This document shows positions 11,596 through 22,040 of a stretch of DNA of 56,096 nt, piece after piece; the first letter of the stretch is position 1, and the number at the start of each line of letters is the position of its first letter. The position numbers and the translations under genes were made by a program. Under the pieces are notes generated by a model. The model was not told where the DNA came from. It saw nothing but the letters and a program-made list of their open reading frames with translations, and made no database searches. Source of the stretch: Roseburia faecis (GTDB lineage: Bacteria > Bacillota > Clostridia > Monoglobales > Monoglobaceae); NCBI GenBank assembly GCA_963632045.1, contig CAVGTH010000001.1, forward strand, positions 1 through 56,096. The letters are read 5' to 3'.

Positions 11596-13506
11596 TTATT
11601 CTCCTTTCGAAACGAGAATCAGGTCTCCATTATTGATGTCGTGAACGATATCCTTAGTAACTCCGGCTTCAAGTTCGCCTTTCGGATTTCGTACAATCAT
11701 ATAATTATCGTCAGCAGTATTGCCAACAATAGTGAAATGTTTATTTGGAACTGTCGAATGCGCAAATACAAATCCGGGTTTAATATCCGTTTCCGTCACC
11801 TTATCAACAGAATCCTTAAATTCTACCGGCATATATTCCATAATAAGTTGTTCGTTTTCTGTTGCACCAGTTGGGAATTTCTGAATTTTAACATTATCAA
11901 ATATCCACTTGACTGCTTCTTGGAAACTACGGAGACCTTTTGCAACCGGCTTACGAGCCGCCACATTAAGTCCGCCGCCATAAAGAATTGTCCATGTACC
12001 ATCTTCCTGCTTCACAAGGTTATGATTTGCAAAAGAAACTCTCTTACGTGCAGGATCGGGCTTTATCTTTTCTTCATCAGATTCGGTTTCTTCATCAGTT
12101 TCTTCTTCAATCTCTTCTTCAACTTCGACGGTTTCTTCGTCATCATCTTCGTCATCATCTTCGTCAAAGTCTTCTTCAACCTCGGTTTTAACATGCTCGT
12201 CCTTACGGCCCTCGTCAATGTTTTTCTTAGCCTCCTCAACAGATTTGTATTCTGTCCCGACCAAGTCAAAATCACGGCGAGTGTATACATCATACATACC
12301 GTCCTCGCGAGTAAGAATCAGATAATCCTTATAACGGATGGCAGGAGTATTTGTCAGAATTCCGGCAGAACCGGCATCATTATCAGGCTGTGCCCAAAGA
12401 GCGTCGTCAAATTCAATGTCAACATCTTCATCAACTTCAATCTCATCTTCCTCTTCGAGTTCGGGAATATGAAGATCGTGCATGCGGCAAATGAATGCAA
12501 GGTCATCTGCTAAATCGACATAAGACAACCACCGAGCAATCGCATCCAATACGTCCTCTTCACCGCCGATTTCAACGAGCTCATCGAGGTTTCTGGGTTC
12601 TTCATCCCAGTCGATTGCAATATCTTCAACAGCCTCCTTAACATCGGCCGTCCCCATTGCTTCAGTCAATTCCGAAAGCAGATTCTTTACTCCGAGTCTT
12701 TCTTTGACAGATTCAAAGGCATCCCACGCTTTATCAGTAGGAATTTCCCAACCGTAGTTGTCATGAACCGTCATATCAAAAGAGTGAGCCGGCGTATTTG
12801 CGTCTTTGATAGAGTCAAACAATACGATCTTGAAATTAGTAGTATTTTTCTTGGCATATGTTTCTGCTTCGGCCTCAGACTTAAATTTCTTAATCATAGG
12901 GTCATCTTTTTCAGACCACGTTTTTCCGCCAACTGTGAGATAAAGATTTTTCTTCGGGTGCATAATAACAAACTTGGAATCCGCAGCATCAAAAACAGAG
13001 ATTCTGAAATTAGTAGTATTTTTCTTGGCATATGTTTCTGCTTCGGCCTCAGACTTAAATTTCTTAATCATAGGGTCATCTTTTTCAGACCACGTTTTTC
13101 CGCCAACTGTGAGATAAAGATTTTTCTTCGGGTGCATAATAACAAACTTGGAATCCGCAGCATCGCCCATCATGCGCTTGCGACCCTCTTCACGAGCCTT
13201 CTTTTTAAGTTCGCCTTCCTTAATATCATCATCCATCTGGTCAATGACCTCTTCAATTTCATCCTTTGATTCAATCACGTTGGTCTCGTACTTCTTTGCT
13301 ATGTCATTCCACTTCTCGTAACGAGCAACGAACTTTCCTTCATCGGTTTTCCGAATCGTACCATGACCGTCCGCCCTTACCCACGTTTCAACGGCATCGA
13401 ACTTGTTCTCACTGATACGGTGAATAAAGGGGACTCCATGAATCCGTACCTTTGTCTCTCTCAGAGTATCTTTCAACTTTCTCGTAATCATCTTGTTTCC
13501 TCCCAT
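11596..13506 (-). CDS. modular virion-associated protein with tandem 58-aa repeat
   Basis: 636-aa ORF upstream of DUF2213; acidic tract; duplicated module; start could be ATG at 13491. Confidence 0.65.
   Translation of the reverse strand: MGGNKMITRKLKDTLRETKVRIHGVPFIHRISENKFDAVETWVRADGHGTIRKTDEGKFVARYEKWNDIAKKYETNVIESKDEIEEVIDQMDDDIKEGELKKKAREEGRKRMMGDAADSKFVIMHPKKNLYLTVGGKTWSEKDDPMIKKFKSEAEAETYAKKNTTNFRISVFDAADSKFVIMHPKKNLYLTVGGKTWSEKDDPMIKKFKSEAEAETYAKKNTTNFKIVLFDSIKDANTPAHSFDMTVHDNYGWEIPTDKAWDAFESVKERLGVKNLLSELTEAMGTADVKEAVEDIAIDWDEEPRNLDELVEIGGEEDVLDAIARWLSYVDLADDLAFICRMHDLHIPELEEEDEIEVDEDVDIEFDDALWAQPDNDAGSAGILTNTPAIRYKDYLILTREDGMYDVYTRRDFDLVGTEYKSVEEAKKNIDEGRKDEHVKTEVEEDFDEDDDEDDDEETVEVEEEIEEETDEETESDEEKIKPDPARKRVSFANHNLVKQEDGTWTILYGGGLNVAARKPVAKGLRSFQEAVKWIFDNVKIQKFPTGATENEQLIMEYMPVEFKDSVDKVTETDIKPGFVFAHSTVPNKHFTIVGNTADDNYMIVRNPKGELEAGVTKDIVHDINNGDLILVSKGE
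12831..13164. repeat. identical 160-bp direct repeat, 174-bp period
   Basis: 12831-12990 equals 13005-13164; encodes DAADSKFVIMHPKK...YAKKNTTNF twice. Confidence 0.95.
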
Positions 13507-14234
13507 AATTTCAAAACATTTTCCATCTCAAGGGGAATATAATCGGCATTTGCAGCAAAATCTGCAAACTCTCTCTTGAACTCATCAAGAGTATACGGGT
13601 CGCCGGCTGCTTCCTCGTTCATGTCATCAGTCAGCATAATTCCGTCATCAGTTTGAATCGCACGTTGATTAAAGGTCTCTTGATAAATCGCAATCGCTTC
13701 ATCGCGAGTCACATCGCGCCCGTCAGGCAGACGATAACCCGTTTCATCAATCGGCTTTCCGGAAATATCCGAGGTCACATCGATATCATCGATGTTCTCG
13801 TATTCCTCATAAACAGTATGACCGCCGTACTCGCTCGGATTCTTATCAACAGAGGTTTTCACCTTGATAGAGTCTTCGAAATGTTCCTCCGTAAAGGGTC
13901 TTTCGTCAACGGGCGTAAGAGCAGCCTCACGCTTGATACGCTCATCGGTTTTCTTGAATTCAACGTTAACCGAGAAATCGTACTCATCCTCCGAACGCTC
14001 ATTCATAACGATAGGGCTGGTTTGGACAACCGTGACACCCTTCGGAGAATCTGGGAAGGTGTTAAAAGCATTGAATGCTTTCATAATTCTCATGCGGGCT
14101 TTCAGGCTTCCGACATGATCTTCAACGATAACACAGTCAAGACGATATTTTTCACCGCCGAGAGAAGCATCGTCATATACATCGACATCGTAGTCGGCAA
14201 GAAAATCTGCTAACTGTTCAACAAGATTATGCAT
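13488..14234 (-). CDS. hypothetical acidic protein
   Basis: 248-aa ORF with RBS, first gene after putative late promoter. Confidence 0.6.
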   Translation of the reverse strand: MHNLVEQLADFLADYDVDVYDDASLGGEKYRLDCVIVEDHVGSLKARMRIMKAFNAFNTFPDSPKGVTVVQTSPIVMNERSEDEYDFSVNVEFKKTDERIKREAALTPVDERPFTEEHFEDSIKVKTSVDKNPSEYGGHTVYEEYENIDDIDVTSDISGKPIDETGYRLPDGRDVTRDEAIAIYQETFNQRAIQTDDGIMLTDDMNEEAAGDPYTLDEFKREFADFAANADYIPLEMENVLKLWEETR

Positions 14235-14267
14235 AGAGTATAATCGCTCCTTTCTTATTATACATAT

Positions 14268-14298
14268 ATTATAGCATATCTTTTGGAGAAAAAATAGT
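14268..14298 (-). promoter_or_regulatory. putative late promoter ACTATTTTTTC-N14-TATAAT
   Basis: matches motif at 9404-9437 and 32699-32729. Confidence 0.65.
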
Positions 14299-14912
14299 TA
14301 AATTATCAAATTCTCAGAAACAACTAAATATTCCGATACCACAAGGTCATCGTCTCCGGGTTTAATCTCATTCGAAATGGTCAACTTATCGCCGAATATA
14401 CTTGTAATCTGGCAACTGTAATAATAAGTATGATCAACGATTTTAGAAGTATACTTATCAAGAGACGCAACTCCCGGGTGCGACGAAATAATGTCCGCAA
14501 TAACGAGGTCGAACACGTTTACGCTTGTTTGCTTATCCGTAAGCGGCAGACCATAGTTGACTTGATACCAAAGTTCACCTTTGATAATCGATAACCGTTG
14601 GATTAGCGAGGCCACTACAGCATCAGTATCTTCAGCATAATTTGCAACAGAAGGAGCTGTCAAGCTCCCTCTGCCGACTTGTACCGAATCGTCATCGGCT
14701 GTCCAGATAGTACCGTTAATCGCACTACCTGTATCAATCCTGAAAATATAATTTGTATCGTTAATTGTAATTTGATTATTTGCAGGAAGGTCAGTATAAC
14801 CTTTGAAAAATACTTCGTTGACAGTTATCTCATAATAGGTTGTAGTTGCGGCTTCGCCAGTTTTCCCGAACCAGATAATATTTTTGTTTTCCGATAAAGC
14901 TCTGCATTTCAT
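14298..14912 (-). CDS. baseplate wedge / sheath initiator protein
   Basis: QRLSIIKGELWY..NYGLP motif typical of gp25/gp46-like proteins. Confidence 0.65.
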   Translation of the reverse strand: MKCRALSENKNIIWFGKTGEAATTTYYEITVNEVFFKGYTDLPANNQITINDTNYIFRIDTGSAINGTIWTADDDSVQVGRGSLTAPSVANYAEDTDAVVASLIQRLSIIKGELWYQVNYGLPLTDKQTSVNVFDLVIADIISSHPGVASLDKYTSKIVDHTYYYSCQITSIFGDKLTISNEIKPGDDDLVVSEYLVVSENLII

Positions 14913-14915
14913 ATA

Positions 14916-15728
14916 TTATGCCTCCTGATCTGCGACACTATCTGCAAAAATGTAATACGGAGTAACGGTTGGCTTATAAAAACGTGTTTTCTCGTCAGTA
15001 AACTTAGCCCATGCAAATTGAGCGCTATCAATATAAGTATATTCAATACCGACGCTCTCAATTGTCAAGAGTCCGTTTGTAAAAAGATTCATAATGTTAG
15101 CCGTAGCCTGTGTTCGGTCAATTATAATAGTACAGCTTGCTGGGCTTTCGACATTATCGGCATAAATAATATTCAAGGCCGTCAGAAAATTTATACTTTT
15201 AATGTTCGCAATATAATTTTGAATTTCATTCGGATAATTATCGCCTTGATAATTATTTATATCAAACAAAGGTGTGCCTTGATAAATTTCACGAATACCT
15301 TGTCTCGTACCATTAAAATTATATTTTCGGATCGTTGCCTCGATCAGAATCAGTAATTCCCGATTTGTCAAAGTGATTTGTATAACACTCGGAGCGGTAT
15401 TTATAATAATATTGCCGTCATCATCATATTTATAGTTTTCAGTCAAAACAACTTGACGTGAAACACCATAAATCGATGCAATTTCATCTAAAAAATTTTC
15501 ACTTGTATCTGATAAACCATACCCGTTATTAACAAGATAATTGTCTTTATTAGACTTGTAATAAAAGATATTCAAAAGGTTGAAAATATTTTCAGAGCAA
15601 GCTAATACATTTTTGAGAATTGTCGTCCACATGTCACACCGAATTTGAATATTCGGTGTTTGCTTCATAAACAGGCTCAATGACTTTCTATAAAAATCAT
15701 ATTGCTGTAATTCGTTTCGAAGTAACAT
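14916..15728 (-). CDS. baseplate wedge protein (DUF2612-like)
   Basis: LDEIASIYGVSR and NFNGT motifs; downstream of baseplate J; start moved to ATG 15728 behind AGGAG. Confidence 0.6.
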   Translation of the reverse strand: MLLRNELQQYDFYRKSLSLFMKQTPNIQIRCDMWTTILKNVLACSENIFNLLNIFYYKSNKDNYLVNNGYGLSDTSENFLDEIASIYGVSRQVVLTENYKYDDDGNIIINTAPSVIQITLTNRELLILIEATIRKYNFNGTRQGIREIYQGTPLFDINNYQGDNYPNEIQNYIANIKSINFLTALNIIYADNVESPASCTIIIDRTQATANIMNLFTNGLLTIESVGIEYTYIDSAQFAWAKFTDEKTRFYKPTVTPYYIFADSVADQEA

Positions 15729-15739
15729 ATTTTTGCTCC

Positions 15740-17584
15740 TTAATCGATTTGTACAATTGAGAATACACAATTATTTTTCATAAAATCGATGATCGAATTT
15801 TGAATTTCGGTTGTAACGGTACCATCAGCTACTAAAAACCTGAACGCAAAACTTGCTTCGTCAGTAGCTTGGAAATCTACTGAATATCCGGGTTTCATTC
15901 CATCAGCAGGAGCAGTTACCTTGCTCCAAGTTGTACCGTTATTCAGCGTGCAACCGTAATCAAAAGCGAGATTATAATTTGCGTAACGGTTAATAAATTC
16001 CTGAATAACCGGATCGTTTTCAGAATAGTTAAAGACAATCTGGTATTTATGTGACGCTACGACATTAGTTGTTATCATAACGAATCCCAATATATTGTCC
16101 TGCTCGTTTTTCGTATTTACAGCTTGTGTGTTTAGTAAATTGGTTGCAACAATCGGCATAGTGGGCCAAGCAAGTCCAGAACCGATTGTCAGTACATTAC
16201 CATTCCATTCGGGCGCCCGAAAATAATAAAATCTGGTAAGCGGATTTTGAAGTACATTATTTTTTTGGTCGGTCGTATCGCCAAGCCCTTTAACGAAGAT
16301 GGATTTTACTTCATATGTCGGCAAACCATATTTTGCAGTTCTGAAGTCAACCGATTCGATAAGCTGCGTCAGAAGAGGCATCGACACATCTTCACTGATA
16401 TTGATATTATTGAAAAACTCATTTATCGTATTAACAATTGCTGTTTTTTGGCTGTCACTCAGCATTTTATTCGCGAGGTCATTTTTAAGCGTAAAATCGA
16501 TCGTAAGAGTCGGGTCAGTCAAAAGGACCTTCTTCCAATATATAGTATTCGTCAAATGCTCTGTTATATTGAAAGTTTCGCTGTTGGTAGTTCCACCTTT
16601 CGGTAAATTTCCCGGGTCAGTCGTTGCAATTCCGGGAGTTATCGTATTATATATTGCAGCACCGATATTCACAGACGGCACATTGATATCAGACTGTGCC
16701 GCGATAACCGCATACATACTATGAGGCGGAACAACGACACCATCGGCCAATGCAGCACTATTAGTATTTGTATTATTCGAATATACCCAAGAATCAATTA
16801 CTCCGGGAACATTGAGCAGATTAGATGCGACCGAATCCAAAACGGTTCTTCCGGATTGACCGAACGAACGCAGGCGACGAGCTCTCAAAGATGCATCTGT
16901 TTCTTCGGCAAAACCGGTAGTCGCGCCAGATTGCTGGTATACCAGCAACGAGCTTGCATTAATTGTTTCGAAAATATCACCGCCTCGTTCTTTTGCCGGA
17001 AGACCGAATACTGTATTTCGGTCATCTTGTTTCGACATATCATATTTTCCGGTAGAAAAAGCTGTAATCGGGCCCAACTCAGTACAAGTGACTTCAATTG
17101 CAGTTACGCTGTAATTATCACCGCTTTTTGCCGGAAATGTTACTTTATATTTGTTAGTAGACTCAACCGGGTTAATCCACTGCCATCTATTTCCGTTCTT
17201 ATCATTCAACAGAAGGTAAGAGGGAGACAGGGGAGTCGAACTGGTATTTGCTATATAGACGGTTGCAGTCGAATATGTTGCACCTTGTCTGAAGGCACCG
17301 GAAAGAGAAGCGAGAATATCGAGATATTTACCGGTAGCAGAAGCAGGCGAGAGGTTATCGGACAAAGACTCAAGGGTGCGGTAGATATTATTCAACACGA
17401 GCGACTCCGCCATAACAAACTGCCCGTCAGCCGAGGCACTTGATACGTCGATATCATACCCGTAAATCTCTTGCATTTTCTTCACATAGGCGTCTTTAAT
17501 CTGAGGGAAGAGCGCTGCCTGAAAGCCGTTCGAATCAACCTTTGCCAATTGTTCAATATCGTATTGATTATTTGCAATTGCCAT
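15740..17584 (-). CDS. baseplate J-like protein
   Basis: ATGKYLD, G.AEETDASLRARR, VPGV, PPHS motifs. Confidence 0.85.
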   Translation of the reverse strand: MAIANNQYDIEQLAKVDSNGFQAALFPQIKDAYVKKMQEIYGYDIDVSSASADGQFVMAESLVLNNIYRTLESLSDNLSPASATGKYLDILASLSGAFRQGATYSTATVYIANTSSTPLSPSYLLLNDKNGNRWQWINPVESTNKYKVTFPAKSGDNYSVTAIEVTCTELGPITAFSTGKYDMSKQDDRNTVFGLPAKERGGDIFETINASSLLVYQQSGATTGFAEETDASLRARRLRSFGQSGRTVLDSVASNLLNVPGVIDSWVYSNNTNTNSAALADGVVVPPHSMYAVIAAQSDINVPSVNIGAAIYNTITPGIATTDPGNLPKGGTTNSETFNITEHLTNTIYWKKVLLTDPTLTIDFTLKNDLANKMLSDSQKTAIVNTINEFFNNINISEDVSMPLLTQLIESVDFRTAKYGLPTYEVKSIFVKGLGDTTDQKNNVLQNPLTRFYYFRAPEWNGNVLTIGSGLAWPTMPIVATNLLNTQAVNTKNEQDNILGFVMITTNVVASHKYQIVFNYSENDPVIQEFINRYANYNLAFDYGCTLNNGTTWSKVTAPADGMKPGYSVDFQATDEASFAFRFLVADGTVTTEIQNSIIDFMKNNCVFSIVQID

Positions 17585-17599
17585 TTGCGTATTTCTCCT

Positions 17600-17965
17600 T
17601 TATAATTTGATCACCACTCCGAAATTTTTGGAGTGCGTATTTGTATTTGTCGTTTGCATCGGTTGCCAATGTCCCATCTCAATAGTATCTCGGAAATCCG
17701 TATCCGTAAAGATTATCATCACGAGAGTACCGGCAGCCAATTCCATTTCTGAAAAGAAGTAGCCTTGTATCACATTTGTACCGTCTGCATCCCATTGAGG
17801 AAGGGGCAATGCTTCGAGAATGCCGTATCCGTCAGCAAAGGTTCGCGTGATCTCCGTGACCAACGCGAGCGTCGCGACATTCGTCCCTTGCAAGGTTTTC
17901 TGTTTCGCACTGTTAAACAAATCCACAAGCGCATGTGCGGCACCTGTCCGTTCTTGTCCGTTCAT
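17600..17965 (-). CDS. baseplate spike N-terminal (Gp138/gpV-like OB fold) protein
   Basis: 121 aa between hub and J; G.LVMIIF.D.D...H pattern. Confidence 0.55.
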   Translation of the reverse strand: MNGQERTGAAHALVDLFNSAKQKTLQGTNVATLALVTEITRTFADGYGILEALPLPQWDADGTNVIQGYFFSEMELAAGTLVMIIFTDTDFRDTIEMGHWQPMQTTNTNTHSKNFGVVIKL

Positions 17966-19071
17966 GTAAGCCCTCCGTTTTGCAGATTTTTGTAAAGGTT
18001 AACGGGAAGCGCGCTAATGTTATACAGGAAGGTGCTTCCTCTGTTCTCAAAGGTATACTCAATACGCTTGATAATATACTCACCGTCTGGATTAAGCCAC
18101 TGCTGGTTAAAGGTTTGATACACGGTATCGGCACTTGTCATCCCGCTTGACGTATCGATAATACGGTTCGGCACCACAATGATGTCACCAGGAATCAGGT
18201 TGAACACGGGAAAGAGTTGAATCTGAAGGCCGTTATTGCTCGTCACTGTCGGATTGCCGTTCGCAATATGCACGATATCCGGACTAATCGGAATGACGCG
18301 GCTTTGCCCGATATCGGTAATGCTTATCACCTTGTCATTCTCCGAGGCGTCCGTATTGACCACGAGTCCGGATAATGAATCGGAGTATTGTCTGAGCGCC
18401 GAATCGATTACGGAGGTTGCCTGTCCAGAAGCGCTCAGCACATTCTTTGCAACCAGCCGGCGTAGCCGGTCGCTCACGAGTATGCGCTCTGCAGAGCAGC
18501 CTTGCTGCACGAGCATCCAGTGCACCATATCCGACACGTTGCAACCGGAGCGCATCGAAAAGTTGATACGACTTTGACTCCAACTTGCGACGAGTTCGGA
18601 AGCAAATGTGATATAGAGGTCATAGTCGTGCTTCGCGCGAATCTTCTGTTGAATCCAACTCACTTGCCCCTTTGCAACGCAAAACAAGTCATCGTTGCTT
18701 TGATACCCGACCTCAATCTTGACACGGTAGAGTTTGAGCGCCATTATCAAAGCAATCGAGTCGTACGTCACATTAGAGATTTGAATCACACCGTTGTCCT
18801 GATTCAAACCGAGGTTCTTTGTTCCGGTCACTCGAATGTTGAAGTTGTCTCCCGAATTCTCTCCTATCACGAGTCTCACGCCGGTTTGCTCACCGTATTT
18901 TTCAAGTCCGGGATATTTCTTTTTAAGCCACGGAATAAACTCGGCGTCTTGTTTTGTCAATTCATTTGTCACATCAGCAGCGGAGTCGAATGTAATGCGT
19001 ATACGACGCATCCAACAATTCTTCTGCACCAATCCGCCACCGGACGCAATCGATTCTAAGTAAGCGTTCAT
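17962..19071 (-). CDS. baseplate hub protein
   Basis: IQISNV, IEVGYQ, GEYII..IEY..ENRG motifs; position after tape measure/Dit. Confidence 0.65.
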   Translation of the reverse strand: MNAYLESIASGGGLVQKNCWMRRIRITFDSAADVTNELTKQDAEFIPWLKKKYPGLEKYGEQTGVRLVIGENSGDNFNIRVTGTKNLGLNQDNGVIQISNVTYDSIALIMALKLYRVKIEVGYQSNDDLFCVAKGQVSWIQQKIRAKHDYDLYITFASELVASWSQSRINFSMRSGCNVSDMVHWMLVQQGCSAERILVSDRLRRLVAKNVLSASGQATSVIDSALRQYSDSLSGLVVNTDASENDKVISITDIGQSRVIPISPDIVHIANGNPTVTSNNGLQIQLFPVFNLIPGDIIVVPNRIIDTSSGMTSADTVYQTFNQQWLNPDGEYIIKRIEYTFENRGSTFLYNISALPVNLYKNLQNGGLT

Positions 19072-20645
19072 GTTTTATACCCCTGATTTTCAAGAGCATC
19101 GGTAATCGTACTCGACAGTTTATTTACCACGTCTTTGATGCTGCCTCTGATTGTCAGCACATAATAGTTTGACAAAACTTGCATCGCTTCCGTCACGCTG
19201 TTATATCCAGCAGCCTTCGCAACCTCCGTTTCGAGGTACGGATTAAACAGAAACATGTAATACTGTCTGGAGCTGTCCTTGTACATCGTGTTCTGATTCT
19301 CGTCCATATCGTACAGTGAAGATTCGACGCACCACGATCCAAAATACGGTGAGACCGGTTCCGCAGTGCTGCCGTAGCCTTTAAGAATTTGCATCGAGAA
19401 TGGCTGGTCCTCGTTGTTTGTTGCGGTAATACGCAACGTCAACGCATCGACCCCGACGGTAATCGGCACGTCACCCGGCGAATCAGGCAACGAATAAAAC
19501 TGCACATTCCGGAGCTCGGTATCGATTTGATACTGAATGTCTTCCATCAGCATTCTGAGTCGCGCAATATCTGGTTGATTGACCACGGCATCCCGAAGCG
19601 ACACGCCTGTCGGTTCGTATGTTTTCGGGTTCACATAAGTCCCGTAATTCTGAATCAGATTGAAGCCTTGTTTTAGCCGTTTCTTTTTCTCGCTCGTTTT
19701 ATACGCAGCATAAATGCCGGCACCCGCGAAAATCAGCACCGCAACAGTAATACCGACCGCCAAACCGATAGGACCTCCCGCAGAGCTTCCCGCTATCACG
19801 GTAGCGGCATAGCCTGCAGCTCCTCCGATTATCGCACCTCCTACCGCACCGGCAAGCTTGACGATTATGAGTTGCAGAAGAATGTCACCAATCGTTTTAC
19901 CGAGCCACACGAGGTTGTCGAACTTGACGCCCTTCAGGCTAAAGGCTTTACCGTCCGCAAGGTCAATGTAGCCTGCGTTAAAGAGTGCTTCGAGCACGGT
20001 CTTATACAAGGAGCCGCTCTCGTTCACCACCTCGCCGAGCGACTTGGTCGCCGGAAGCGACGTCTCAGGATAAAGGCTCGCGTAATTAAAGGTTTCGAAC
20101 ACGCCGAGTTTCGACACCGTTATGACCTCGGTGAAGGTGAAGGAATAACTCATACTGTTGTACTGCTCACGCCAACTGATATTTGTCAGCACCATATTAT
20201 CCCGCACTTTGAAACGAGTATTCTCGCTTCCGGGTTTGCCGCTGCACATCATAACAGTACAGAGAATTCCCTTTGTCTGCACATATTCGAAGACCTTCTG
20301 AATCGCTTCGAGTCGATTGACGCCGTTCAGGTCTTTCAACTCTCCGGCGTCCTCTTCGAACCATTGGTCCCACGATTTGTCGCCGCCTTTGAGTTCGCCG
20401 ATGATATTGTCCTTCGTGTAAAGATTGTTATTCTCGTAGTTGTTTCTACCAGCCAGCGAGAAGCTGCCGGACAGAGTCAACGTTCGAGCGTTCCTATACA
20501 TGTGGTCTGCAACCGTCACTCCGTCCTCAACGGGATATTGCGGTACGGTCGCGGTGCTTGATAACGACTTCTCGGTACAGGTATCGAGGTCGAAATAACA
20601 CAGTCTTCCGTTAAGTTTCGCTCCGATCACCGTGCGGTATTCCAT
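19068..20645 (-). CDS. Dit-like tail tube initiator with hydrophobic Gly-rich segment
   Basis: YPVEDG..VADH N-terminal motif; long Gly/Ala hydrophobic stretch at about aa 255-315. Confidence 0.65.
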   Translation of the reverse strand: MEYRTVIGAKLNGRLCYFDLDTCTEKSLSSTATVPQYPVEDGVTVADHMYRNARTLTLSGSFSLAGRNNYENNNLYTKDNIIGELKGGDKSWDQWFEEDAGELKDLNGVNRLEAIQKVFEYVQTKGILCTVMMCSGKPGSENTRFKVRDNMVLTNISWREQYNSMSYSFTFTEVITVSKLGVFETFNYASLYPETSLPATKSLGEVVNESGSLYKTVLEALFNAGYIDLADGKAFSLKGVKFDNLVWLGKTIGDILLQLIIVKLAGAVGGAIIGGAAGYAATVIAGSSAGGPIGLAVGITVAVLIFAGAGIYAAYKTSEKKKRLKQGFNLIQNYGTYVNPKTYEPTGVSLRDAVVNQPDIARLRMLMEDIQYQIDTELRNVQFYSLPDSPGDVPITVGVDALTLRITATNNEDQPFSMQILKGYGSTAEPVSPYFGSWCVESSLYDMDENQNTMYKDSSRQYYMFLFNPYLETEVAKAAGYNSVTEAMQVLSNYYVLTIRGSIKDVVNKLSSTITDALENQGYKT

Positions 20646-20660
20646 TTGTCATCCCTCCTT

Positions 20661-21977
20661 TTAATTGAGGGCTGTCGCGGCACTCCGCACAGCCGTTTCA
20701 AGTTTGTCGTTCAGGAACTGTTCCATCTCGTTCTGATTAAACATGCCGTTCACGTTATTGGTCATCTTGACGCTCACGTTACGGTTTGTCGTATTGGTCA
20801 CACTGTTCGAGGCATCCGACATCGCAGTCGAGCTCCACCCGTACGTGCTGTCGGAATAATCGATTCCGAAGAATGTGAAGATTTTGCCGAGTATCTGTAC
20901 GAGGCCTTTCAGCACTTGCAGAGTCGTCTTTGCAATGGTCATAATCGTGTCTTTATTCTCGCTGACCCATTGCAAGAACTCCATACTCATCTCCTGCTTG
21001 AAGAGCTTCAAATCGAGTTGCATCTCCTGAATGTTTTGAAGCGCACCGGACTGTTCGAGTTTCGCGTACCATTCTTGTTGCTTCTGCATATATTGCGTAA
21101 AAACTTGTCGCTGTGCCGCAGTCATATATAACAGGTCTTCGTCGGACGAAACACCGAACATCTCGCTCGCCTGTTGGAAAGCCCACGCTTGCTGACCGGT
21201 CATCCCGTATTTGAGCATGGTCTGGCGCGCAGCGCTGTTCACTACGAGCGAGTTCGCGCTGTATGTCGCCATACCTTTATACAGGTTTACGGTATCGGAC
21301 GCATTCTTCAATATGTCGCTGAACATTCCTCGGATACTGATTGACTGTCCGAGCACCTGCGAGAAGACGTTTCCGATTGTTTTAACAACACGTTGAATTC
21401 TCTTCAACACCAGTGAGACAGCCATCACGCCAGCGAGTTTGCCGCTCGCGGCTTTACCGGCTGTTGCCGCTGATGCCGCTTTCGCCGCGGCATCAACCCG
21501 CACTTCTGGAGTTTCACCTTTAACGGACAGGACCGTCATCTCGTCCTCAATATCGCGCTGGTGCTGTATCTCGCGCTGGAGCTTTGCAGTCGGGCTTGCC
21601 CACATGTTCCAAGCGCCTCTGAGCGAGGGCTTTGCCCAGAAGTCTTCGGTCTGCCGTCTCTGCGCAATTGCCGCTCGCTTCGATTGAATCTCGGCGGCCA
21701 ATGCTCGGGCTTTACTTCGTCTCGCAGCTTCCTCTTCAAATTTATCAAGGCGCTTCTGTGCTTCGAGCTGTTCATTTAATCCCGCTATATAATCATTGAG
21801 AATTTTTTGTTTCTCTTCGGCCTGTGTTTTAACGCGGCCATGGTATCGGTCTGCGATTTCTTTTTGACGGACTAATTCTTTTTCAGTGGCTTCGATAGCA
21901 GCTTGCAAGTCGACGAGTTTTTTCTGTCCGTCTACCTCAACCGCAATCTTTATCGTTTTATTGACTTGATTCGCCAT
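20661..21977 (-). CDS. tape measure protein (short, 438 aa)
   Basis: helical Ala/Gln-rich; follows frameshifting chaperone; C-terminal TNNVNG. Confidence 0.7.
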   Translation of the reverse strand: MANQVNKTIKIAVEVDGQKKLVDLQAAIEATEKELVRQKEIADRYHGRVKTQAEEKQKILNDYIAGLNEQLEAQKRLDKFEEEAARRSKARALAAEIQSKRAAIAQRRQTEDFWAKPSLRGAWNMWASPTAKLQREIQHQRDIEDEMTVLSVKGETPEVRVDAAAKAASAATAGKAASGKLAGVMAVSLVLKRIQRVVKTIGNVFSQVLGQSISIRGMFSDILKNASDTVNLYKGMATYSANSLVVNSAARQTMLKYGMTGQQAWAFQQASEMFGVSSDEDLLYMTAAQRQVFTQYMQKQQEWYAKLEQSGALQNIQEMQLDLKLFKQEMSMEFLQWVSENKDTIMTIAKTTLQVLKGLVQILGKIFTFFGIDYSDSTYGWSSTAMSDASNSVTNTTNRNVSVKMTNNVNGMFNQNEMEQFLNDKLETAVRSAATALN

Positions 21978-22040
21978 ATATCTCCTTTCTATGAGTGTAC
22001 GGAGAAAGGCTGCTTATAAGCCCTCCTCCGTATCTCCTCA

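Noticed and set aside
12831..13164. Diversity-generating retroelement TR/VR pair
   Set aside because: Copies are identical with no adenine-specific mismatches, are tandem and in frame, and no reverse transcriptase is present
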